A stretch of 64,000 nt of DNA from Camelus ferus (GCF_009834535.1 NC_045696.1:101496001-101560000); one strand, 5' to 3'. Shown: positions 12,909 through 26,044, counted from the first letter of the stretch. Numbers and translations: made by a program. The notes: generated by a model from the sequence alone, not told the origin.

Positions 12909-13139
12909 CCATTTTGAAGCATCACACCATTTCCTAGACATATCTAGAATTCTAGAACTTTACTCAAGCCATATTATACTCAGTATGCAAGTCATTTTTC
13001 CATACCAAAGATTTCTTATTTTAAAAATATATGCATCTATAGAAATCTCCTTCTTTCCTTAGTTTGTTCTTCTAATTCCCCAATTCTTATTTGAAAAGTC
13101 CATGTCTGAACACTTTTCACTTCCATTTTCTTTAGAGAC

Positions 13140-13290
13140 AGCATCTAGACCTAATTGCAGGAGCCTAGACCTTGATGCAAGAACCAATCACTTATTGAGC
13201 CTCACTTTCCTCATTTGCAAAAGGCATTAAAAACTCTCACACAGAATTTTTTTGAGGACTAAACTAGATAAAATATAAAAAAGTGTTTGA
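13140..13290 (+). mobile_element. MIR fragment (target of the younger SINE-L1 insertion)
   Basis: gagcctcactttcctcatttgcaaaa...tgaggactaaa matches the MIR core. Confidence 0.65.
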
Positions 13291-13402
13291 GGGGGAGGGT
13301 ATGGCCCAGTGGCAGAATGCATGGTTAGCATGGATTAGGTCCTGGGCTCAATCCCCAGTCCCTCCATAAAAAAAATAAATAAATAAACCTAACTCCCCTC
13401 AA
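13291..13402 (+). mobile_element. tRNA-derived SINE, vic-1-like (5' half of a chimera)
   Basis: ggggagggtatggcccagtggcagaatgcatggttagcatg...ggtcctgggctcaatccccagt...aaataaacctaac, homologous to the SINE at 4371. Confidence 0.85.
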
Positions 13403-13602
13403 AAATAGAACAGATGAACAACAAGGCCCTACTGTATAGCACAGGGAACTATGTTCAGTATCTTGTAATAAATCATAATGGAGAAGAATATGCAAAAGAA
13501 TATATATACTTACATATATATGTGTAACTGAATCACTTTGCTGTAAACCAGAAACTAACACATTTAAATCAACTATACTTCAACTGAAAAAAAAAACTTA
13601 AT
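13403..13602 (+). mobile_element. L1 3' UTR end (3' half of a chimera)
   Basis: aacaacaaggccctactgtatagcacagggaactat...gaatcactttgctgtaaaccagaaactaacac...tcaactatacttcaa plus poly(A). Homologous to the L1 end at 24840-25080. Confidence 0.9.
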
Positions 13603-14303
13603 TAAAAAATTGTTTGAGGTGCTACTGATGTTTTTGTGTCATTTGCACGACCTCTCTGATGATTCACAGAATTGTAATAACTGTTTGTGTCACCACAGAC
13701 TTCAGGTGGATGTCTCCAGGAGTAGAAGACAGTAAGAACTCTCACATTTTATCATGGGTCATCACTGGTGCTCAGGGGGCATCATCATATAAAATTTGGT
13801 TTGTATTATTTTTTTTATTATTCTACAACAGTCACACATCCAAGGTGAAGTTCATCTTTGTGTCGACCTCACAGGCAAGCAGGAAAGATTTTTCTACAGT
13901 TTATCCTTATCAGCTTGACATTTAATTACCCAGAGAAGCTTAGTGTCCATCTGTGAACTTGAAGATTTTACTGGGCACTTCATCTTCCCGATCACTTATA
14001 AAAACTTGAAATGAAGCCAGTCCTGGCAATAATCCCTGAAGCAGAGCCTTCAACCCCAAGTGCGGGGAATGAGTTACAGATGCCCTGAGGTGCGGATGCT
14101 TCAGGAGAGTGGACAGTGACACAATCACCATCTTCTACAGACATTATGCAAGAAAAATTGGGAAATGATACTTTAACGGTAGCTTCTGTTAAGATCATTT
14201 TATTCATAAAAGTAGTTATCTGTGCCCTTGCCTTTTTCTTATGAATAAACTGGGCTTCCAGCCATGAAACCATATTCTCCTGAATATCTAGGCAATTTGT
14301 TGA

Positions 14304-14326
14304 GTGTGTGTGTGTGTGTGTGTGTG
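14304..14326. repeat. (GT)n microsatellite
   Basis: Perfect gt run. Confidence 0.95.
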
Positions 14327-15182
14327 TTTTCTATGACTATTTTTAGTGGACTTAATTCGGCATAAACAATTTTCAGATGTGTTACAGTCATGACAACTAG
14401 AATCACAGTAAAGGTGAAATTCAAAGTGATGTGAAGAATCAGTCACATGGAGTAAGTAAATGAATCAGAAGTGAAGGTCAGAGAACTCACATGAGGTATC
14501 ATATGACTCATACTGTCAGATCTCAACAGATGAAAACATTTTGTGTTCGTAATGTGGAACCATATTGTTATGGAAACTGTATACATTCAGGAGCCTTGTA
14601 AATGTTACCTTTATTTTACATCTACTGGACATTCCTCGAGGTATCCTAAAAGATCATCTCAATTAATGAATATTTTGTTTTACTTAAGTCTAGCCACAGC
14701 AAAGCTTTCTGAAAAGATAAGGCGTTCCTGTGCAGGTAAGAACTCTTCCCTCTGAAGATGATGGAGGAAATAAAAGGAGAGGGTTGGGGGTGGGGGTCAT
14801 TTAGTGGGAGGAGGGGAATTCTTAGGGAAAAGGTGAAGCAAACTTAAGCAACACTGGAACATCTGTTAGAAATCTAACAGCCTGGTCAGAGGAGTGGCAG
14901 GCAGGCTGGGGTCCCTCAGCGAAGCCTAAACCTCCCACAGGAAGGGGTCGCCTAGTAAGTGGCTCAGAAAACAAGTAGAAAAATAAAAGAGCAATAGGGA
15001 GAGAGAGAGGGAAAATGAAAAAATGAAAGCAAGAGTGAAAGCAAGAGATAGTGAAAGAAAACCCTAGGTGAGGCAATCCAATTCCTGTCTTACAGTAACA
15101 TCTGTTACTACGTGAAGACAGCTTCTATATATATGTCAGTGGCAAAATTCTGTTTGAAATTTAAAACATTGTGTATGTATCT

Positions 15183-15225
15183 ACACACACAACACACACA
15201 AGCGCACACACACGCACACACACAT
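15183..15225. repeat. (CA)n interrupted microsatellite
   Basis: acacacac...gcgcacacacacgcacacacac. Confidence 0.9.
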
Positions 15226-18200
15226 ACTCTCAGCATTCTAGGTAGATAATCTATTCTGTGTATAGATAAAACAATATAAGAACTATTTATTGATGCATTT
15301 TGTGCTTTCGCATGGTGTCATATGCAACAGATTGAAGCAGATGACCTCTCCAGGGTAGGAACTAAGGAGAGACAAGGCACTATAGAATAACTTGTGAAAT
15401 GACGTCCCTGTCCTATGAGACTGGCACATGTCCAAGCTGAATTTTTCACAGATTGCTGTTGTGGGAGTTTCTGAGATTCCCCCTTTACCAACTCCTACTA
15501 GAATACCTATAATGCACAGGGAGCCTGCACCATTCTCAGCCTGGGAACCCACAGTCAGACCCTTGCTGATCTGTGTCTCCCCAGAATTGCGTTGGATGGA
15601 TTTCCCTTCAAAATGGCTCCACTCAGGCTCCCTCCAGACAGGTGGGTTGGGAGGTCCCCCTAAAGCCCCTCCTACTTGAATAGAATCAGTTCTCCCCCTG
15701 CCCCAATAGAAAAGAGAACACACAGCTGGCCCATCGTCTCTCTAAGGAAAATCTCCCTCACTCATTTTCTACGTCTATGCATTTGTGGTTGGAGCTGAGT
15801 GATCACTAAGACAACAGAATCTATTTAACCATCTCAACACACCCTGGTTAAAAGGCATAGCATGTGACACTTTGGAATATCTGACATCTATCACGTTATT
15901 CCTTGCTGAGGGGCTCCAGGCAAAAAATGAAATAAAAGGAGTTCTATTTACTCAGTTGCTCAATTTTAAATTGCTATATTTGAGGTTAAATATGGTGGTC
16001 TCTATAGGCAATTTCATATGTTTTAATATAACGAACATCTTATGATAAGTTTTGCCCCTCTGTCCTACTATTACCACCCAGTTTTACCAAAATGGAACTT
16101 GTCAGGCAGCTCTTTTCTGTCAATCAGAAATTTTTGAGAGTGTCTCAAGAAAAATACACATACTGAATTCAACTCTTTCCTGTTAACTGAAATAGCAGTT
16201 CTTCAAACAAATGAACAAAATGCATACTTCACTCAATGTTCTCAAAATTACACTCTCCCATGGTATCTTTTATTATGAAATACCAGAACAAATTGTTCCT
16301 CACTGCCCGGCTTGGATGGATCTGGGAAGAAACAAGTTTTCCTGTTACTTACAGAAAAGGAACACAACAGAACTTCTGACCGAGTGAAGGAACCCTGCTT
16401 AGAGAAGCCAGATACAGGCCAGAAGCAGGCCAGATTCTGTTGTTATGATGTCACTTACCAATGACCAATGACCAAAATCACAATTGCTGGCCTGTGATTT
16501 TACCTAAGCTCAAATACCTTCATGAAATGTCTTCACTCCTATGATCTTCTACAATGTTTATTATTTTTACCTCTCATTTGCTAAACATGAGAAGCATGTA
16601 TGTGTTACTAGTTCTTACTTTTTGACTTGCATTGCAATTGAATTGTCATGTCTCTTTCTGTAGATTCCATGTTCCTTACGTAGGGTGACCTGCAACACAT
16701 AGCAGTACAGTTCTTTATTCACCTGGGTGCCTCTCTGGCCTTTACACAGTGGAAAAACTCAATAAATGCATGCCGAGTAAGCTAATGAAGGCTACGGCTC
16801 TTGAATGCTGAATTTCCAATGTTTGCATTATTCTGTTTAGCTGTAATACCAATTTTTGACATTATTCAAATCAATCTATTGCAATAGCTGGAGAAAGACA
16901 CTTTTTGACATTTCTGGGAGTTAAACATGTATTATGTTTAACTTTAGAAGTGGTTCTTTGATTTACTGTTCTGACCTTTCAATTCCTTGCAAAAATGAGA
17001 TCCTTTACACATACTCCTCTTAGGCTAAACCAACAAGAGAATTTGCCTAATTTTTAAGCTTAAAGAAAATCAAAGTCTTAAATGGAGCACAGTATGATCC
17101 TCTAAAGATTCCTTTGTCACTTCTGCATATAAAAGAAGTTGACTAATCACATCAGAATACCAAAGAAAATAAGTGTAAGATTGTATCACACCTTTTGCAA
17201 GATAAATTGTTCCAAGAAGATGGAAAAACCATTGTTTGTTCTCTTCCTTTAGCCATCATGAAAGGAGAAATTTAAAAAGAAAATAATACATTTCTAAATT
17301 CCAAAAATTTATATCATACTTCAGGTAATTTACCTGTTCATTTATAATCAAACTATAGATTTTCCCAGAATGAATTAACACAATTTTTGAAATAGAGACA
17401 ATCTTATAAAAAGACCAGAATAAAGATAAGATACTTATTCATGGCTGATAGTTGTTTTTTTTTTTAATAGATGTTCTTTTTCCTGTAGAGCTCAAAGGAG
17501 AGTTAGTTGAATTGTCTTATCTGTATGGTTTTTAATGAAATTTACTGATTGAGTCGATGATTATATTTTCAGCAATCAATGAATGTTTGATGATGTAGAC
17601 CTCAACATCATCTTCTTTGCAAAAACTCCAGGAACTCTTGTAATTCTTTAGAGAACATCTGTGCTAAATGGAAATAAATTGTGGAGGGAAAAATGAAAGA
17701 AACTTAAAACAAATATTCACTAATGGATGAATTTTTATAATTGGCAAGTGCTTTGCAAGACTTACAGTACAAATTTGCTTACATTTAAAAAGACACAGGC
17801 TGTCAAAAAAATTTTAATGTATGAACATTGTGCTTATTATCCAAGCAACACCTGCTGCTGTCAATAAGCGGATGTTTAAATGAGATAAGTCAAACAAGTT
17901 TGGAAATAAGGGAAATAGAATATACTTGGGAACCCCATTATCAAATATACTTAGAGGTGATCAAGTAGAGATAAGCAATGTCACATAAAAGAAACAGAAA
18001 TTCTTTCAGGCTTATCAACCCGATTATAACTATACTGAACTTGTGAGCATACAGAAAAAGGATGAATGTCAGTCAAAATGGAGTTGATACAGAAAATGAG
18101 AATTATGAAGGCAATTTCCAAAGTGAAAATTAAGTCATCTGCCTTGAGTGTGCAAGAATGATTGGCAAGAATACTCTTATCACTGTGTAAATAAATGAAC

Positions 18201-18399
18201 TGGGATTATCTTTAAACCATTACACAATGAAGTCATATGACTAATTGTTCCTTGAGTGTGGCCTAGTGAGACTCCTAGCAGAAAAACCACTCATGCTTAT
18301 GAACTTTTGACCAATGAACCTTTGAGCTAATAAATGGGTGTAATTTGTTATGCAGCAGTAGAAAAGTAATGCACTGTCTGTAACTAACCAGGCATTATA

Positions 18400-18650
18400 G
18401 GACCCACTGGAACTAACCAGCCTCTACTCAGCTCTAGTTGATTATTACCATACAAATGTGGGTTCACTATTGCCCAGTATTCTCTCTTTTTTTTTTATGA
18501 GATCCTGGAAATGGATATCTTTAAATTAAATGTCCTATTTTATTTTTTATTTTTTTTTTGAAATTGGCAAGCTATTCAATTAAAACATACATCACTGTGG
18601 AGGCCAAATAAATCACCTCTGAGAGCAGCCAATTTGAAACTAGCCTAGCT
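18400..18650. mobile_element. hAT-Charlie MITE fragment, MER102-like
   Basis: cactattgcccag...gaaatggatatc...ttggcaagctattcaattaaaa...cactgtggaggccaaataaatcacctctg resembles the recalled MER102 consensus. Confidence 0.55.
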
Positions 18651-19029
18651 GATGATTACAATCCTTTTCAATTCCAATGTTCCACGGATCTACTAAATAA
18701 ATGTTATAAAACTTTTTCCTTTTGTTTTAAATAATAAATATTGTAAATGTTGTAATACCTTAAATGGCTTCTAATTTTTCTTCCAAATGAAAGATTTATG
18801 ATTATTAATGCATTATGTTTTTTTTTTTTACTTTTCTATGAGATAGCTTCCTGTACAAAGAATTACAGGAATTGAAGTTCATATTGTGCATTTGCTACAG
18901 TAAGTCATCAAATTCAAAAATGATATACTTACTTTGATGTATAACCTTTTTATTTTAATAGAAACATGAAAATAATGTGTACCAATAAGGAATAGCTGTA
19001 CTTTTCCTCCCATCCACAGAGGTGGTAGT

Positions 19030-19380
19030 TAAGAGTGTCACCTTGGGCAAGTAGCTTAACCTCTCTGTGCCTAAGTATCTTTTTTTTAATTAATTTATTT
19101 TCATTTAGTTATAGTCAGTTTACAATGTTGTGTCTATTTCTGGTGTACAGCACAATTTTTCAGTCATACATGAATATGCATATATTCATTTTCATATTCT
19201 TTTTCACCATGAGCTACGACAGGATCTTGTATATATTTCCCTGTGCTAAATTTCTTGATATATAAAACGAACTTATAGTAATAAGCAATAACTAGGGTTT
19301 ATGCGAGGATTATATGAGTTAGTACAATTGAAGTGCCTGGAATGTTGAGCAGAACATAGTATCCAACAAATGTCGGTGAT
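19030..19380 (+). mobile_element. MIR interrupted by an L1 fragment
   Basis: gtgtcaccttgggcaagtagcttaacctctctgtgcct resumes after the L1 as ...gaggattatatgagttag. Confidence 0.75.
19080..19247 (-). mobile_element. 5'-truncated young L1 3' end
   Basis: Poly(T) followed by gttatagtcagtttacaatgttgtgtctatttctggtgtacagc...atttccctgtgct. Confidence 0.85.
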
Positions 19381-20599
19381 TTACAAAGAGAGGCATGTAA
19401 GTTGTAAAGTATAGAGGAGCTCATGCTTTGGCCAGGAATAGAGCAGCTCAGTGTTGCTTCTGTACTTCTTTGTGTGGCTTTCAGTCTAGCTCAAGTCCAC
19501 CTTTTCAGGTCCCTCATCTGCTCTCGTCCAACTTGACTGGATAGTCCAACTAATCCAACTGCTCAGCATTTCCTAATCCCAAAATGCACCTTCCTCTTAT
19601 TTGGATCCCACAATCTGGACCACCAGAGTCTTATTCCTCTTTGTTTGCCCATCCTAAGAAGCAAATGTATAGACAAGTCCTCCACAAAATCTCCACGGAT
19701 CCTGCAGAGAATTGACTGCTTATTTCTGTAGTAGGTGTTTAAACTTCAGGTAAAAGTGAATGGCTGATACCTTGCATTGTACTCATTTACATATTGATCT
19801 GTTCTGTTCATAGATGGTAAGTTCCTTACAAATAAGTACATTTTAGTTGTGTTCCTACAGAGCTTAGTATGATGGCTTTTCTATGTTAGGAACTCAGTAA
19901 ATGTTAATTAAATTGCATATAAAATGTTCAAAAGAAGCAGACCATTCAACAACGGACAAAGATAAAAGGAAAAAGAAATCATTCGATTTTATATATCAAA
20001 TTTAAACAGGCATTGGTCTGCCAGGTTTTAGAATTTTGGGTTTGTTTTGTCGTGTGTGTGTTTACTTGAATATTCACCTTTTCAGTCTTAAAAGGAAAAC
20101 AACTAGTGGGATGAGAAGCCTGTCCAGGAATCATTCCAAACAACATAATTAGATTCATAGCCTCTTGAATTTAGGAAACTTTGCTATTCTTAAATGAGAT
20201 AGACTTCCGTCACAACACAACAGCCTAGAGCTCCACTTATAAAACACACATAGGCCTTTGACAACAGCAAGAACACAAAGGGAAACCTTTACAACGAATG
20301 AAAAGGATGCATGCCCACTTATTTAAGAGCACAGCACCCATTCTAATGCAAAACACTGCCCTCACTGACTAGGAAGGGTTTTCTTTAACATATAGACCCA
20401 CTCTCTGGGGAGAACCCCAAAGGCCAAAGATGACTCTTAAAAAAAGATGATTTGAGTAGAAAGCTCCGTTCCACTCCTCCCAAAGGCAAATCCATCAATA
20501 ATCACTGAATTTGGGGTTCTACTATACTCTCATTTGGCCAACAGCTGCTGCAGCAACATTTCTGCCTCTTTACAAAGTAATCATACAGCAGAATAGCCT

Positions 20600-21062
20600 G
20601 CCAGCTTAGGCGTGGCAGGTTCTCCTGCTGGTTTTCCTTGCCATCTACCCACTGTGGATGCTGAGAATCCTAGATTCTTACTTCCTGGGCCTCACTTCCA
20701 GTCTGGTTACGGATTTATAAGCCAGAGCTGGTCAAGGGAAACCTGTTGCAAGTCTGCTCTGGGTTTCTGGGAAAGGTTTTCTTCCTCAATAAAAAAGACC
20801 TCTTTCTGCCTTTGAACATGTTGTGTGAGGATATCCTGTTGCCTGGAGGTTATTTTGTAGCCACAAGGGGACACACATGAAAACTAAAGCCAAATCACCA
20901 AAAATAGAAGATGGAAGAACCCCATCACTGCTTTGTTGGAAGATAAAACCCAAGACCTGCCAACTCTGGACTTCTTTTTACGTTAGATCATAAATCCTTA
21001 TTGTGTAAGTCACTTTAATTTTGGTATTCTTTTACCTGTAGCTGAAAACAGTCTAACAGATA
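20600..21062 (+). mobile_element. Old MaLR LTR (MLT1I/J-like)
   Basis: 3' end ctctggacttc...taaatccttattgtgtaagtcactt...tacctgtagctgaaaacagtctaacagata. Confidence 0.6.
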
Positions 21063-22029
21063 AGCAATTTTCTCCACATAGTCTAGATTTTGCAATAAAA
21101 ATACCAAATCTAAAGTGTTTCCTGAATGATATAGTATTCATCATAATCACAGCAGACAAAGACTTGTATTTCTCAATCTTTTTTTTTTCCTGAATTAAGT
21201 CCCAGTTAACAGCAAGATTTAGTTATAATAAAATGATGACTTAAGGGACATTTAAACTGACATTATGGGACTGTCTTTATAAACCGTAATACTTCGAAAG
21301 ATAAAACTCATGGTAATCTTGTGCAGTTAAACATTAATATCTTGCGATTCCTAGACCTCCCCAGTGATTTACAGTGATTACAGTGAATACTGCTAATAAA
21401 TACTCTGGTGTAATGCATGTCGATAATACTGTGTGAGAAGGACTGTATCAACTTACTTCCAAATGAAGCAGCCAGACATATGAGCTAGAAATCTTTCAAT
21501 TATTTTGTGACAAAGAAATTGAAGAAGTTTCTATTTCAAAAGTCAATTGATGTGTACTGCTCAATTTGGGTCTGTTTGCCCTGAGGACTGACTTACCAGG
21601 CTGGTCTAGAAATATGCAGGGCACTTCTTGTGTATAGAGCTACATCCAAATAGCCCTGTTCACTTCAGGTGAGTTAGCAAGACTCCTAACCCTCACATCC
21701 TTCTTTAAGACAGATACCACCTAGCTGTACCAACACAAAGCACACAGAGCAGGGAAAAGTAGAAGTTATATTTGACTTAAATAAAACAGAACAGAAATTC
21801 TTTAAGATGTACAATGAGCAGAGTCAGGGTTAGGTGTTTGCCCAGTTTACCTATTAACAGAACTTACTTCATCCTTTTTATAATTAAAGTTAGATAATAG
21901 CTGGTTATGGTACTATACTAACTACATAGTACAGGATGAGTGGAATGTGTGGAGTTTACTTTTTGTTTTGCAAGGAATGGGCAGTGAACATTTCAATCTC
22001 TTCCTTATTTGGTAAAAAAAGGTGAGCTG

Positions 22030-22530
22030 AAACTCCTCTGATTATATATGAAAGAAATCTCAACACAAACCAACTTAAGCTAAAAAAGGAACTCTACTGG
22101 GTCAGGTATTTGAAGAGGCTAGAGTGGGTTCTTGTTAAGTGTGATTCAAGAATGCATTCAGTATGATTTGGACTTGGTTTCTCTGTCAGGTTTGTTTTCA
22201 GGCTCCTCATGTAGCCTCGCCTAGCTTCTGGCTCACATCTTCCTCATTACTAACAAGACCAGGAGACAACAGCCATGCCTTCCCTTCAATGATTCCAGAA
22301 AGTCATCTTGCATTTTATTTCCTTTGACTGGGTCTCTGTCCTTTCCTGAATCATAGTGACCGGAGCAATACAGTTCCAGTGAGCTAGGAGTTAGAAGTGA
22401 AGATTTCTGCACTGAACTACAGGGACTGAGAATAAAGGAGGGTGTTGTTCATCAAAATACAATTGTGAATTTATTACTAAGAGGAGAGAAAATAGTTGCT
22501 GGGTAGCAAAGACAAAGATGTCCACTATCA
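22030..22530 (-). mobile_element. Old MaLR LTR (MLT1K-like)
   Basis: ctcaacacaaaccaacttaagctaaaaaaggaactctactggg...gttgctgggtagcaaagacaaagatgtccacta. Confidence 0.55.
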
Positions 22531-23169
22531 TCATTTTGTTTTTAACTAGACTTGAAATAAAACTAAACTGACATACATTCTCTGGATACACAAAGGATCG
22601 GTCATTTAGTTGTCAAGTGACAGAAATGACTTTGATTGAGGTTGACTGAAATTACTTATCATTCCCAAATCTTTCAATGTAAAACTAAATGCAAAATATA
22701 TTTTATACATATTACTTAATATATTTACTCTCTTTTAATCAAACAGGAAATTGAGTATTTGATGTGGTGAAGTCTACCATGACCTACCATGAAATATTTC
22801 TCATAGAAGTAGAGAAGAAAAGACATGACTCCAGATACCAAATTAACCTAACTGGGGAGAAAAGACGTACTTATGTGACGTGGTATTGACCAATGGAATG
22901 GGAGATTCAGCAATGTAAAATTGTGTGTTCTTGCTATGGAAAAAGCAGCATGGATATAGAAAACTTTAAAGAGGTTTGAGGTGGAATCCTCAAGGAATTT
23001 TAAGATTTAATTAGATAAGGTCAGAAGATAATCTTTGTGGAAGTAACAACAGCACCCCTCAAAAGAAAAAAAAAAACAGTGAATAAAATAAAATTGATTT
23101 TAACGGGACCACAAAGTTGTATGTCAGGAAATCATGGAGGTCCTCAGAACCATATAAAGAAGGATTGAC

Positions 23170-23420
23170 AGAGTAAGGTAACAAACAATGTAGATAATGG
23201 AATCACATAGACCAGAGCTCAAATCTCAGTTTTGCCATTAACTAGGTATGTGACCTTGGACCAATTACTGAACTTCTTTGTGCCTCAGTTGCTTCATCTA
23301 TTAATGAAGGTTAAGAAAACCCATTTGAAAAGACCGAGAGGACTAAGCAAGGCCATGCATTTGAATTTCGCATCGCCCCTGGCATGTGAGGTACATGTAG
23401 TAGTCGCCAGTTGTTATTAT
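23170..23420 (+). mobile_element. MIR
   Basis: tatgtgaccttggaccaattactgaacttctttgtgcctcagttgcttcatcta. Confidence 0.8.
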
Positions 23421-24349
23421 CATTCCTATGTGACTTAATGTGATAAAAAAAAGCAAAGATCCTGTGTTGGGTTCTTTTAGGAAAAAACAAACACTGTCTT
23501 GCTCAATTCCTTCAAGTAACATGCAATTGTTTGTTTTTAGGAGGAAACATAGAACTAAAGACAATGCATGACAAGGTTTCAAAAGAACCCAGGGACCATC
23601 AGAGAACAGAAACCATAGTCTACCTGGCTTCACAGTAACCAGATCACCACACCTGAGTGTGGTTCAGGCTCCAGGGCTCTAAAGAGGCAAGAGCTAATTG
23701 TGCTTCCTTCTCATAACAATCTAGTCACGTTGTCTGATGAATCTTTTTATGAAGATTCTCTACTTCTCTCTACTTTTGCTCCTTCCTCCACTGAGCTGAC
23801 TCTTCTCACATGGCAAGTCAAATCCTGAAAGAGAAGGTTAGTTCTGAGTCATTCCTTGGATAAAGCATTCACCCCTTCACCTCTTCGTCTGTGAGTCTGT
23901 ATATTGGATATCCCTAGACCAGATGCCCATCTCGTTAGCAGCTGCCAGTTAACAGAATAGAGTTTGGAGAAAAGGCAGTTGTAGCATGTTGCAATTTGCT
24001 GAAGGAAACCTGTAGATTGGGACTGTGCATAGAAATTGGGGTGGAGGACTTAATAGATTGTATGAGGTGTGGCCTATCCAGGGCACAGCAATTCAAAACA
24101 ATTATCTAAGATATTAATAATAAAAGCCATCTTTAAAACAATTATTAAGGTATCAACATATCAAATGCATCCAGCAAAAAGCTGTTACATTTATCCTTGT
24201 ATGATGTGTAAAGATCTGATCTAAGACTCCAGGAGTGAAAATGGAGAGGACAAGTTCACCAAAAATATCTAAACAAAATTCATATGACTGATAACTGACC
24301 AGTTATGTGGTAAATGGTCCTTTAGCAGAGTGGTTAAGAGCATATACTC

Positions 24350-25090
24350 AATGCTTGATCCAGCAATCCCACTCCTGGGTATACACCTAGAGAAAACTCT
24401 AATTTGAAAAGATACACGCACCCCAATGTTCATAGCAGCATTATTTACAATAGCCAAGACATGGAAACAACCTAAAAGTCCACTGACAGATGAATGGAGA
24501 TACACACACACACACACACACACATATATACACATACACCAACACACACATGTATATTAAACAGAATATTAATCAGCCATAAAAAATTAAATAATGCCAT
24601 TTGCAGCAACATGGATGGACCTAGAGATTATCATACTAACTGAAGTAAGGCAGACAGAGAAATATAAATATCATATGATATCACTTATACGTGGAATCTA
24701 AAAAAATGATATGAATGAACTTATTTACAAAACAGAAATAGACTCACAGACATAGAAAACAAACTTATGATTACCAAAGGGGAAAGGGAGGAGGGATAAA
24801 TTAGGAGTTTGGGATTAGCAAATACACACTACTATATATAAAATAAACAGCAAGAATTTACTGTACAGCACAAAGAACTGTATTCAGTATCTTGTAATAA
24901 CCTATCATGGAAAAGAACCTGGAAAAGAATATACGTGTGTGTGTATGTAAGTATGTATATATGTATATATAATACGTATGTGTATGTGTGTGTGTGTGTG
25001 TTTGTGTGTATGACTAAATCACTTTGCTGTTCACCTGAAACTAACACAACATTGTAAATCAACTATACTTCAATAAAAAAATTAGAAAAA
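24350..25090 (+). mobile_element. 5'-truncated cetartiodactyl-type L1 (ORF2 end plus 3' UTR) inserted in a MIR
   Basis: gatccagcaatcccactcctgggtata...tcaactatacttcaataaaaaa. 14-bp TSD aagagcatatactc (24336-24349) and aagagaatatactc (25091-25104). Contains internal (CA)n and (TG)n tracts. Confidence 0.95.
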
Positions 25091-25104
25091 AAGAGAATAT
25101 ACTC

Positions 25105-25320
25105 TGCTTTGAGAGTCTGAACAACATTGTTTAATGTTTGTATTTTGTCATTTATTAACCGTGTGACACTAAGAGTTGTGTATCCTCCAAATGTCAGTTT
25201 CTTTGCCTATAAAATAGGGTTACTCACCACAGCAGCTGCACAGTGTTGGTGTGCAAAGCAGATGAAATCATGCACTTGAAATGCTAAGCACAGAGTGTCA
25301 TCTAGTGCTCGACTCACGTT
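25105..25320 (+). mobile_element. MIR (continues from its 5' part at about 24322-24349)
   Basis: gcagagtggttaagagc before the L1, and cgtgtgacac...tcagtttctttgcctataaaataggg after it. Confidence 0.7.
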
Positions 25321-25965
25321 GCCTGCTTCCATTAACTCCATAAGAAGAGGAGTCTGCTGACTCCAAGGGATTTAGATGTAATCCATGAAAAGAGGCTCAG
25401 AAGGGAAATTGATCCCAATGCAGCAGAGACTGGGTTCTGCTTTGATGTGTTGGGTAGTTTGTGGTACAAAAGTCTCCAGCTGGAAAGGCCAGAAGAGCTC
25501 TGGACACATGGAAGGTCATCAACTTGGAAGAAGACAAGAGACAGAACAAGAGAATGGCATTGGGGAGGCAAAGAGGACGATGTTGGAAGAGCACAGGTAA
25601 GCACTCTGGAGATAAAGCAGGGAGATCAGAGAGAAGAGAAGTGCCCCTCCCTCAGTTAGAGGTTGAAGGTGGGATGTGCCAGGAACAAGAATAAAGAAGA
25701 CTCCCTGAGAGAGGGTCCCAAGATTCATTTGTGGGAATGTGTAATTTAAATAATTTGTAGTATGTTTAAAAGCATGTGTTTATTGTTGGCCTTTTATCTC
25801 ACAGCAAGAATATAATGCTCTATAATTAACTGGAAAGTTGAATAAAAATGATTTTAATTTATATAAGGTGTTCTGTGAACAAAATAATTCATACAGAAGT
25901 AATATTCCTTAAGGACTACATCACACATGAGAATATTTAGCAGGTTATAATACAATGACAGTTTT

Positions 25966-26005
25966 TGTGTGTGTGTGTGTGTATATATATATTATTACAT
26001 ATATA

Positions 26006-26044
<39 letters not shown>
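25966..26044. repeat. Compound (GT)n(AT)n microsatellite
   Basis: Two (gt)n(at)n blocks. Confidence 0.95.

Noticed and set aside
12943..12956. 14-bp perfect palindrome tctagaattctaga
   Set aside because: Palindromes of this length are expected by chance in 64 kb of AT-rich DNA.
15283..15723. Longest ORF (146 aa, minus strand) and the overlapping 83-aa ORF
   Set aside because: No recognisable motif and no convincing flanking splice sites. A locally higher GC content explains the lack of stops.
17540..17620. TGATGA motifs suggesting a C/D-box snoRNA
   Set aside because: I found no properly spaced D box with a terminal stem.
25330..25850. Cluster of overlapping ORFs on both strands
   Set aside because: A purine-rich segment, probably an ancient LTR remnant that I cannot assign. 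The peptides look random.
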